Assembly (NCBI GenBank): GCA_016193175.1
Contig: JACPSR010000052.1
Location: 11,226 to 75,225 of the forward strand
Length of the DNA: 64,000 nucleotides
Origin: Candidatus Omnitrophota bacterium
Lineage (GTDB): Bacteria; Omnitrophota; Gorgyraeia; Aquiviventales; Aquiviventaceae
Reading direction: 5' to 3'
Each line of letters starts with the position of its first letter. Position 1 is the stretch's first letter. Below, in pieces: positions 12,201 to 24,200 of the stretch. The notes under the pieces were generated by a model, which saw only the letters and a program-made list of their open reading frames with translations, made no database searches and was not told the DNA's origin. The position numbers were made by a program, and so were the translations under genes.

Positions 12201-15200
12201 CGCTTGACGGATTGAGATGCGAGGCTCCTTCGCCTTCGCCACGGCCCACAGGTCGCGCACACTCTCGCCAATCCGTTTCCTCACATCTTTCCGGATATCC
12301 TCATGCAGCGCTTCGCGTTTCGCCTTGCGCTGCTCATTCTCGGCAGGCGACAGTTCAGGATCCGGCAAACTTGCAAGGATCTCGCGGACGCGCTTGCGCT
12401 CATGGTCGGAGACGATGGCCCCACCGGCGCTCGCCACCGAGTCGTGAAAGACGATCACGCCACGCTCGAAGAGCGTCTTGTCGGCCGCTTCTTCGATAGG
12501 ACCGTTGGCCTCCTCGACAATGAGGGTGGCCTGGACAGCCCCGACGTTCTTGGTGGTGATCGTGTTCTCCAGCGCCGCAAGAATCAAGATATCGGTCTTG
12601 CGTGAGAGGACCGCCTCGTTCCCTGCCTGCGTTCCCTCAACGACGACACTCCCGGGAATGCGCGATGCCGCCGTGATCACAGAACGCCGTTCGTCTTTGG
12701 CTTGCTTGATGAGTTCGACCTCTTCTCTCGTGAAGCCACCGACCTTGATCAGGGCGCCTCCTGTGTCGTTGATGGCCTCGACCCTTCGCTCGCGCTCCAC
12801 ATTTTCGATCAGTGCAAAGCGGGCGGCATTCCCCGCCCCGATGATCACGACGGTTGGCACATCGGGGTTGCCCCCCCGGTCCCTGATGGCTTGGCGAATG
12901 TCTTCAATCTTCAGCGCCGCATCAATGGCGTAGGTGCCACCCAGGCCTGTGGCTTCGGTGCGGACGGCAATACCACCAAGCTCGATGGGTTTGGTTGAGA
13001 AGGTGCCCAGGGCTTTGACGATATCCGGCAGATCACGCTGTTCACGAATCGCCTTCTGCCCTTCGCGGATGACGGCCCGGACGTAGGGCAGCGGGCCGAG
13101 GGAGATCTCTTCTTCATTGCGCTTGATGATGACAGGCTCACTGAACTCTGCCTGGGTGGGTTGGACGGTCGGACGGCCCGCAGCGGTCTCACGCTGGGTG
13201 AAGGTGTGCAGGTAGCCTTCGGTGAGCCAGATCATTTCTTGCTCGCCGGTGTTGACGTCTGGGGCGGGGCCGTCGATGCCGATGCCGACGATGGGGGCAG
13301 GATCCCTCTCACGCGTGATGGTGCTGGGTGCGCCCCAGGCTGAACCGATCGCGAGAAAGAGCTCTCGTTGAGCCTCGCGTGGGAATTCTGGTCGAGGATC
13401 AGACGCGCTCGTTTTCTTCAAGACCCATGTCTTGACGGCAACGACATTCCCGCCGGCATCCTTCTGGTAGCCCAGCAGCGCAACGGTTCCCTTGCCGCCA
13501 CCGGTATCTAGACCCACAGAAGCCAGCTTCAGCGTCATCCCCTTCGCGAGGCCCTGCGCTTCTTCTCTCATCCACTGCCGAAGATCGCGCACGAGCTTGG
13601 TCAGCTCCTCCTTTGGTGGAGAATGTTCTAGACGTGAGAGAGCGGCCAAGCGCGACTTCAGCGTTTCGCCCCATGCATCGGAGCCCGCATCGAGCTCACG
13701 GATGCCGCCCTGGAACGGGCCGATGCGGTTGTTATCCTGGGCGCGGACGTGTGGGAAGAACCAGGTTTGGCCATCCACTGGGAGACTCACTTCACCCTCA
13801 TGGATGGCTTGCGTGCCAACGAGCTGCTGGATCAGCTCTGGCGGGAGTTCCTCCGCTTGGGCTGCCGCTTGGGCTGCCGCGCGCATCCGCTCCTGCATCT
13901 TCGTCAGCAGCGGGTTCTGCGATGGCTCGGCAGCCCCTCGCGCGAGCGCCAGGTCCTTGATGAGGGTGATCGCCGAGGCGGCTCGCTGCCACTGGTCATC
14001 CGCCAAGACGATGAGGATCGCGTCCTGGCCATCAATCACCATCGTCCGAGAGGTATCAAATACCGCCTGTCTGCGACCCCGGACTGCAGCCGTCACGAAC
14101 GCTTCACCGGTTTCAAGGTGCGGCAGGCCGCGCACGGCATCCTGCACGACCTGATTCACCTCAGCGCTATCTTTCATCGGCTTGCCGGTCGAGATCAAAA
14201 GGGCGTAGACATCTCCTGAAGTGACAGGAACGCTGACGGCTTCCACCTCGGAATGAGGTGAATCAGGAGTTCCTGCAGGGCTTGGGATGTCTTGCTCAGC
14301 TAATACTTGTTCGAAGGTAGCTGAGAGGGCTACCCCCCTGCGCTTCAAGTCCTCCTGTGTCAACGGCACGATGTTCTGTACCGCAGACTCTTTTCGGTAG
14401 GTGTCGAGCGCCGGCTGATCACGGTTAATCGCCAGATTCAGAGCAAGCGTGACGTGTTTCGTCCCATACTTCTGGTGGATGGCCTGTAGAACCGGCAAGA
14501 GGCTGGCCTCGAGCGGCGACGCAGGGGTGTAGAGGCTTCGTTCGTCATCCACGGGGCGGGTCGGGAGCGTCCGAACAGCTTCCTTCGGCTGCTGCTGACG
14601 CAGATCGATGGTCGTGACGCCTTCCTTCTGATAGAACGGGACGTCTTTGTTGTAGCCAAGGTCAATGACAAAGTCGACCTCAGGCAGTGTGGAGAGATCT
14701 GTTTCATTGCGCACGCTGAAGTTCAGTTGGTCTCCAAGACTCACGACGTAGTCGCCCGCCGTGGTCTTCCCGTGATTGATCGGGACGTCCAAGTGCCCAT
14801 AGTCGGAGTGGGTCTTCAAGCCCTCCGCATACGCGCCTGCCGCAGATGCCGGCATCCCATTGACCCACACCAGCTCGATATCCTGATCCCGCATGCGGGT
14901 CAGGTCATAGAAGATGAGCTGATCGAGTCGGCCGGCATTCTCGGCAATGCCGTTGATCCCCACCCGGACCTTGCGGGTCAGGCGATGCGCGTGGGCTTGA
15001 CGCTTTGCCTTAAGGGCTTGGGCCAACTGACGCGCCGTGCGGACGATCTCCTCGGCTGGGACAGGCGGGGCGGCCGCTGCGGCCGCTCGTCCCCTGCGAC
15101 GCCTGCCGCCTCCACCAACCGCCTCGGGGGGCGCTGTAGGCTGCTGGAGCTTCCCGGCAGCTTCCAAGATATGCAGACTTTCAGCCAGGTCATTGACCCG

Positions 15201-18200
15201 CGCCACATACCCCCATTCGTTGTCATACCAGGGAGAGACGACGACGTACTTCCCGACCGGCCGATCATCGGTGTCGGTGAGCTCGCGCCCGCGCTCATCG
15301 AAGACGCGGATGCGGTCTTCATCAATGATGCTGCTGATTTCACTCTGTTTGACCAAGCCCATGGTCACGTTCTTGGTGACTTGAAGCATCCGGGGATCCT
15401 TCGCGGCCTTGTCTTTGAAGGCCTGGACGACCGCCTTTCTCGTCGCCGGGATTCGCAATGTGGCCCGATACACCAGCATAGACACCGTCGCGGTGGGCAC
15501 GCGGATCGCCAGCCCATTGTGCGGACCGGGGGCGCTCCCGTCGATCGTCTCGATCATCTGCATGGTCGAGATCGACGAAGCCGCTCCGGTCGTGGTCAAG
15601 CCGCTCTCGCGCGTCGCTGGAAAGGCCCGGCTCGGATCCCCCGAGGCGAAGCTCTGCACCGGCGACTGCGTGTTCGTCACGGAGTGGATGGTGATCATCT
15701 CCCCTCGCTCCACCCCAAAGGCGTGATTCAGCGCGGCGACAACCGTTGCCAGCCCGTTGGTGGTGCAGGACGCCACGGAGTGAATGCGCGGATCGATGAG
15801 CTCCATGAGGTCATCCACCGTGGCCCCCAGCACCACCATGGGGGTCTGCGCATCGCCGGGTGGGTTGGTCATCTGCACCTTGGCCGCGCCGTTGTTGATG
15901 TGCTTCTTGATCGCCCCGGCCATGGTATAGGCTTCGCGATCCCCCGAGGAGTCAACGATGTACAGCCGGTTGTGGCCGCCGGGACCCTTGACGTGGGGGG
16001 CGTCCTCCCATTTCTTCCAGGGGAGGACCTGACGCTCGTTATCCACCAGCATGATCCACCCGCCGATCGAGACCCAGTCTTGTCGATAGCGTGTGCCGTT
16101 GATCTTGAGAAAGTGGCCGTACTTGATCTCAAGGCCTTCAAACAAGCGGCCATACGTTGAGTCGCTCTCCGCCATCTTTTGGGCAAGGCGCGCCAACGGT
16201 TCTGAGCCGACCCCGTTCAGATGGATCACGTTCATCCCTCCGCGCCGCAAGGCTTGCGCCAGGTCAAGGAATCCAACGCGTCCCAGGCCGTTAATGGCCG
16301 TCGGGATGGGGTTGGCCAGCACCCGATTCACAAACGCTTCCTGCTCCGCTCGCGTCGTGAACGAGAGACGCCCCGACTTGACCAACCGCTCAACCAACTG
16401 CTCGGTGGGTTTCCGGCGTTCTTCATTCGGAACGAACTGTTCCACTGTCCCGCCAGCTTGCACGGGGATCGCATCCACGAGGTTAGCCTCGGTCAAGGGA
16501 GCGGTCAACGCCGTCAGAGGCGGCGCCTGAAGCTGCGGGCCGGCGACGGTCCCCGACAGCTCCTCGATGCGGCGTTTGAGCTCCGGGGAGGTGGGCGCGG
16601 CTTCTTGCGCAATCGTCAGGTAATGCTGCGCCGTGAACGGGTCATCCTTGCCCTCGGTCCTGGCCAGGTGGAGGGCCAGCTCTGCCGCCTGGTTGCGCGT
16701 GTCAGGATGCAGCTCGTGCGCGTTGTAGGTGTTGAGGAGGAAGCGCAGGAGTTGCAACGCATTCCGATCGTCGTTGTCCGATGGCACCGTGATGGCATCC
16801 TGTTCGAGCTCACTCAGCTCAACCGCTTGCAGACCGTCTTGCTGGATGCGGCGGGCACGGAAGTACCCTCGCGCCGCCTCCACGCGCCGACGGTGTGTCG
16901 GATGGCGGTTGTAGGCCAGCGCATCCGCGAAGGCTTCTTCGGCTTGCTCAAAGAGCCCCAGGTCTCCATACGCCACACCGAGCCGATACGCGGCGTAGGC
17001 CCGCTCGCCGTCCGACCGAGCCGCGCGCACCTGGGCGCGCCAGACGCTGATGTCGGTCTCGATAGTGAACCGGTAGGTTCGGTGGAGGCCGGAGGAGGAC
17101 ACCTGCAGTTGCTCGAGGGTCAGCTCGCCGGTCTTGGGGTTGACCTCGGGCGCGGCCATCGCCCGGCCATCGACGTCCACCCACGGCACCGGACTGACCG
17201 CGGTGAACCACGTCGCAGCAGGGCCTCGCACGAGGTGCTTGGCCTCGTCCGACGAGTCAGAGTCGTACTCGGTCTCCCACGAGACCGCCTTCGTCCGACG
17301 CGCCAGCATGGCGGCAAGCAGCGCGATCTTCCGGCGGTCCTCTTGAAACAGCGCATCGGACAACCCGCGACGGGTCAGGGACGCCCGATGCTCCTGAAGA
17401 AGCGCGGTGAGCGCCGCGGCGATCTCCTGCTCTTTCTGAGCCACTGCGTGCTGTGGGTGTTGCATGATCGCCACGACCCGAGGATGGGTCCACACCGTCT
17501 CATCCTGCGCCAGCTCGATCATCTCATCGAGCGTGTAGCGCTGATAGTCGGAGGGTTCGAAGGAACCTTTCTGGGCCTCGCTCCAGACCCTGGCGGCGGC
17601 CAGGCGCGCCTTATACGACACCTCCAGCCCTGCGGCCATCGCCGCCTTGATGGCCATCTCGGGCGAGGCGCCGATCCCCCACAGGAGATGCAGCCGGTTT
17701 CCGTTCGATGTCACATCCTTCGCCGCCACGGAGAGCACCGGAAGGACGTCGCCGTCTCGGAACGTGTAGAGACCGCCGATCTCAAGAAGGCGTCGGCCGA
17801 GGAACCTGATCGGCGGTAGTTTCTTCAATTTCAGCGGCTGGCCGGTCTCGATGGCCGCCGCGACGGCCTCCTGCAGCCCGGTCCATGCCTGCTCGTCGAT
17901 CGCCCGGCCCCACAGTTGCTCGAGGCCGGCTCTCAGTTGAACGCGATCCTCTTGCACCAAGCCGCCCAGCGCCTTCCACACCGCGTCAAACTGCTTCTCC
18001 CTTCCGAACTTGGCTTCCCATGCGGCCTGCAAGAACGGGCGGTTGCGGTCTCGGTAGAGCGCCGCGCTGCGGAGGTTCTTTGCGCTCACGCCCACCGCCT
18101 TGGCGACGGATTCCAAGTTCTTCGCAGGCGGCGCGTTCAAGTCGACCCTGCGCGTCGCTCCCTTCGGCGCGAAGACATACTGGCCGTAGATATCGACGGC

Positions 18201-21200
18201 GCGCAGCGCCCCGCTCGGCGTCGTCACCGACGCCACGGAGTTGGCCCCCGGCACCCCTGGCGCTCCGATCCGGGCGGTCACCTCGAGCGGGTCGACCGAT
18301 AACGACACGCTGAGCCTGGTGATGGCGAATCGATTGAGGCTCCGGCTGGCTCGCCCCAGATGGCGGTCACGGCCCAGGGTGGGCGCTTCATCCCGCCGTC
18401 CTTCCGCGTTGTCGACCCGGGCGTCCACATCGATGGCGCCAAGGCCCGCGGCGATCCCCTCGGTGGTGCGCCGATCTGCGCCCCGCTTCACTGATTCACG
18501 ATTCGCATCGTGGGAGAGATCCGGCAGGATGCTCATGACGGCGGCGGCTGTGGGCGCTCCCATGCCGGCGAGCGTCTCGAACCGGCTCGGCGCGGCGGCG
18601 CGCGACGGGCCAGCAAGGTTCGTCTCGGCCGCCTCCACGCGCCTGATCCCGACGACGCGCGGATTGACGTGGCGCATGACCCGCTCGGTCCCCAGGCGCA
18701 CTTTTTCACGCTCAGCCTCATCCAACGCGCCGCTTTGCCTGAGGGCTTCGACCACAAGGAGTGTAAAGTCAACCTCAAAGGCGCCTGCCATCTGCCTGAG
18801 CAACCCTCGGGGATTTTCCTTGATCGCCGATTCCAACTCGTCGCTCGGCAAAAGCTGTGCGAAGACTGCCGGGTAGTTGCGCGGTTCGATCGCTCCATTG
18901 GCCACTCGTTGGACCAAGGCCTTCGCAGGAGCGGCCAGCCACCGAAGGCGACTCTCCGAGGTCAGTCGATTGACTCTCGTGCGGGTCAAGTAGTCTGAAA
19001 CGTTCAGGGGGCGGGAAGGAACAGGCAGGAGCTGCTCAAGTAGGATCAGCGCCTCGTGCTTCACCAAGTCGCTGTTCGCGTATAAGGCGAACCACACCAG
19101 CTCCGCCCGGACCCTCGGAAGAACGTCGCTGCCAGCTGGCGCTCTGGAGGCAGCCGCGGCGATGATCCGCAAGAGGCGCGCTTGATCTTCCCAGGATGGC
19201 GCGCCCAACGCCCTGGCTCGAAGCGTCTCGATCGTCTTCGTCGTCACCCGATCGAACTGAGCAAGCAGCCCCACCATGATGTCCAGAACGCCCGGATCCG
19301 ACTCCGTCCCGAGCCGTTGCTCAACACGGCCTTGCACCTCCTGCGCGAGCGGTTGATCCTTCAGGAGCACGGCGATCTCAGCCAAAAGCGCGACGGCCAC
19401 CCGTCGGACGCGCGGGTGGCCATGGGTCAATCCGGCCTGATCGTTGGAGGAGGCCAATAACGCCCGCGCGAGGTTCTCGATCCGTTCTCTGGGAAGACCC
19501 TTGACCGCAGCCAGCAGGACATCGAACCGATCGTTGTACTGGTCATCGGACGCGATCACCAACAGCGCATCGTCAAGGGCGGCACGCCATCCGTTCTCTC
19601 GTAACGCGGCGGCCAATCCGTTCGCTTCGACAAGCGGTTGGACCTCCGGCTGGGGGGAAGGGTATGCCGCCAGCGCAGCGGCTCTGCCTGCCTCGCTCAG
19701 TGCAGGCTTCACAGCCAGGATGGCGCTGGTCAACGCTCCGGTCCGGAGGCTCGTGGAGCCGAACATCAGCACGGACAGCTCAGGGAGCCTCGCGTAGTCG
19801 TAGACGTTCTTGGCATCCATCGCCCCGCCGTAGCCGAGCTCGATCGCTTGCGCGACGTCCGAGCCGAACTGCTCCGCGAGCAGGCGGCGGATGGCGCCGA
19901 GCACGTCATTGACGTCGGCCGGGGAGAGGCCCTTCTTCTTTTCTGGGGCTTTGTTGGGGTCTGCCGCATTGGAGAGCTCAAAGACGATCTTGATCTTCTG
20001 GAGAGCAGACGGGGAGAGGCCGGCGAGACGCGAGAGGAGCTGCCGGCGGAGCACGGTTTCGCGCTGGTCCCAGTCGGCGTCATTGACGTAGACCACGAGG
20101 ATGGGAGCGCGGCCGGAATCGAGGATGACGGTGAGACGTTCACGCACTTGGGAATCGCTTTCTCGGAGCTCTTGATGACCAACGACGACGTACGGCGGAT
20201 CCCTGCCGGCTGGAAGCAGGTGGGGATTCTGCAAACCGAGCTGAACCCCCTGAGGTGCTGCGAGCGGCCGGCCCGCGCCAAGGTCGGCCACGGACGGCAT
20301 CGGCGGCACCACCACGATCGGGCCAGGCGCGCCACGTTGGACGTCCGTCAATGCGCTCAGGTAGGCTCTGGGCTCGCCGGGAAGCTCGAACCGGTTCTCG
20401 CGCTGCCAGAGGTGCACGATGATCGCACTTGGATGCTGCCGGCGGATGCGGCGCACCTGCTCCAGGGCGGCGGCGTCGGTTCCAGCCGCCACGACCCCAG
20501 GGGTCGCTCCGGCCCACGCGCCGCTCAAACCGGCACCGGCCTCCGTCTCTGGAAGCGCCACGATGACGCGCCCCAGGTTGTCGTCGCTGACGCCATCGAG
20601 CAAGCCGGCGCTCGGCATCGCTCCGGACGAGGCGAGCACAATCGGCCGAATCCCGTTGTCGAGGCTGGCCTTGATCCGGGCGTTGCCCTGGCTCACATCC
20701 GCCCCATCGACCAGCGCGTACTGCACGCCGGCGTCTTTCAACATCCTGGCTGACACCGTGCCGGTGAACCGGCCGGACTCCTGCCGAACCTCTGGAGCGC
20801 CGACCGCGATTCCGACGCGGGCCCATGCCTCGCGCTGCAGGGCGGCCTCAGGCGTCTCGGCCAACAGGTGCGCCCCCGGCAACACGATCACCTCCACCGG
20901 CAGCCCTGCGACGGCCACGCCGAGGCGCTCGAGCTGCCGCTGAACAGGTTGATCCGCCGAATTGGCTTTATGGTTGGCGATGAACGTCAGGCGCTTGCGC
21001 GGAAGCGGCGGGATGCCCAATGCCGTTGCCGCCTGGTCACCCAACGCATCGACCACGACCGGCGGGAGCGGCGTGTTGCCCAATCGCCCGCCCGGCATGG
21101 CGTTGATCGTCTCTTCCACGAGGTCGGAGACCCTGCGGCCCCCCACCTCGGTCGTGGGAGCCAGGGCCCGACGGTAGCGCCTCATGCTCCAGGTGCGGTT

Positions 21201-24200
21201 TGTGTCCTGCTCGCTGTCCGTCCCAAAGCCAAGCTGGATCACGCTGATGAGGTGCTCGCGATCCGCTTCCGACAATGTCCCAAAGGCCCCCTCACGGAAC
21301 GGGAGGGCAAAATTCTTCATGTTGTCCTTGAACGCCTTCACGACCTCCTCCGTTGTCGCCTTCAGCGATTCGTCCACCGCCGTGAACGCCCGGAGATGAG
21401 CGAAGATGGCTTCCTGCGTAGCGGGAGGCAACGCCTTGAATTTCTCAAAGACCGCCTTGTTCTGGGCGAGCACCCAGCCGAAGATCCTCCGCTGTATCGC
21501 GTCCGGCAGCCCGAGGAACAGGAGCCACTGCCACTGGGTAGCGATGTTGGCTTTGGCGAACAACTGCCACAGCGCGCGCCCATGGGGATCCTCTTCGATT
21601 GGCGCTTCAATGTCCCGGGGATCTTCCCCTGAGGTGCCGTGCTTCATGAGCTCTGTTCTGATGGGCATCTGGGAGCCGTTGACCGAGATCGTCGTGCCTT
21701 CCAGCGCGGTAAAGATCTTCGCGGCGGAGGTTGCGACCATGTTGTAGTACGCTCGCGCATCAGCCGCAAGGCCTCGCGGGGCGCTGGCAACAGCGAGGAA
21801 ATCAGGCTGAGCCAATCTGAGGATTTCCTCTTCACTCAGGTGCGCATACCGCGGATCCGTGTTCCATCGGTCGGCCCGACGTCTTGCCACTTCCTCGATA
21901 AACAGGCGCGCTTCAATCGGCGTCGTCGCACGCTTCTTTCCATCCTCCATGACCCCGGCCTCGCCGACATCCGTCTCCAGCGATGCCCAAGGCGGCAACA
22001 GGGCGCTCAACTCCCCGACAACTTCCACGACGCGCTTGTAGCCGGCGGCCGCGATCTCTGGTTGGAGGGCTTGTGCCTCAGTGTCTTTCGACCTCCCCTG
22101 GAGCGCCATTTCCACAATCAAGTCGCTCTCCGCTTGAGTGAGGGGTGGCTTGCTGAGCATGCGGCGTAACTCGTTGGATGATCTGATCACTGTCTCCTCA
22201 ATCAGCGCTCGTGCCGCAGCCTCGTCATACAACTGGGTCGCATAGATCGCGAAGGAGGTGTAGCCGGCCCGCAGCAACCGTGGGATGAGCTGCTGCATTC
22301 GCTGAATTTCCAGCTCCTGCTCGGCTTCGGTCTTCTTCTTCTCGACCCGCAGGTTGTCCGCATGGAGCGCCCACAGGATGGCGCGATTGGCCCTGGCAAA
22401 TTCCTCCGCGGCGATCCGCCTGGCGGTTTCGGCAAACTCCTCGTACGCGTTCCAGGCATAGCCGGTCAGCGCGCCGGATTTCTCCGCGTCGCCTTCCGTC
22501 CCGGCAATCTGGAGGATGAGCGGTTGGTTCGCCTCCAGCGCATCCCGGAACGCGGCCCGAATGATCTCTTCGGTGCGCCCGGTATTCGTCACCGTCGTGG
22601 AGACGATCTGATGCGCGCGCAAGCCCTCCCGGATCAGCCGGGCGCTGACCGGAAGCACGGCCAGACGCTGCGTGATTTTTTCTCCCAACCCCGGCAGCCG
22701 TCCCAATCGCTCAAGGAGGCGCTGCTGGACGTTCGGGTCGGTGTTCGTTTTTAGCAACTCAAGAAATCGTGGGAGCTCCTGCCGCAGCGTGTCATCGTCC
22801 CAGCGTTCAGGACTGGGGGTCAGTGGGGCGGCGGGAGGCGTGGGAACCAGCGCGCTTCGCTCACGCCGGTGGATCTCGCCCAGGCGAGCCAACAGGCCGT
22901 TTGCCTCCGCCACGTTCGTCACGGACGTCCGGATGACATACCCCTGAGGCCGAGCCTCCGGCGCCAGCGCGGCCAGCTCCATTATCTGCTCGGCGCTTGC
23001 GCTGACCCCGTAGACGCTCACAAAAGAGGCAAGGCGCTCGCCATAGTCGCCCCTGAGCGCGTGACGGATGATGCTGATTCCCTCACCGACTTGCTCGGCC
23101 GTAGCGCCAGGGCTCGGGTCATAGACCGGGACCGTCAGCAACACCTCGTCATCGCGCAACCCCCGCAGGAGGCTGCGCAGTTGAAACTGAACCAGCTCAG
23201 GTGTCAGGCCGGCGCGTCGCTGCTCCTCGGTGACACCGAGCATGAGGAGCGGATGCCTGCCCCGCTCCACCACGGCCTTCACGATCCGATTGGCCGCGTC
23301 AAGATCGCCACCGAGGTCGGCGGGGTTCACCACCGCATCCCGAAGCTCATCCGGCAGACTCGTCACAGCCTTCGGATCCCTGAGATGTTGCCATCCGACA
23401 CGAATGCCACGAGGCAGTTGAGCGAATGACCCTCCGAATAAGGGGCGGTTGAGATTGATCAAGACCCGGCGATGCCCAAGCGCTCGAAGCTCCTCAGCCA
23501 ATCGGAGAAACTGCTCAGGGGGCACCGGATGGGGCGACTCGACAAGCACGGTCTTTCCAGCGTTTCCCTGGAAGAGGCGACGGTACGCGGCCTGGCCGAC
23601 CTGCTGCGGAGTCATGACGATTCCATCAAACGTCTTCAAGAGCCCAGCGAGGGTGTCCGTCTCAAGCGAACCGTAGGCCGATCCGTCAACGATCACGGGG
23701 ATGTCTGAGATCTTCAGTGTTCGTCGGACCCACAAGCCATGCGTCGTTCTCCAGGCCTCCAGCGCATCGGCGATCATCCCCCGCCTGCTCGTGAGTCGTT
23801 CTTCATCGGCATCGGGGGGAATCCGTGATTCGTCGCGGATGACAATCCGCGAGAGCTCCTCAGGCCTGACGCCGGCCAGCAACCCGGCCACCTCCTGCTT
23901 GAGGCCAATCTCCTGTTCGTCGCCGTTCAACGTGACGGCGCGAAGCCCCACCACGACGCTCGCTTGGCGATCCAAGGCCACGCGGATGGCCTGGTGTCTG
24001 GAGGGAAGCGAATCCGACGGATCCGCGCTGACGACTACCGGAGCTTCGAGGGCCCCACCCGAGAAGCCCTCGATAGCCTCCTTAACTCGCTGTGAAGCGA
24101 TCTCTTCCGTCGTCGGCGCCACAATCACCGTCACATGGTCCGGGGCGCCCAGCCTGGCAAGTTCTGATGCCAACAGCCCCCCTCCAGTGAAGACCACCGT

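Noticed and set aside
14727-17819. Long + strand ORFs of 477 and 532 aa (likewise 19638-20753, 29877-31394 and 36201-37559)
   Set aside because: They are in exact antisense register to giant A, whose frame carries the recognisable domains (e.g. GAPDH and GlpX here). The + translations are Arg/His-rich shadows without motifs, promoter or RBS.
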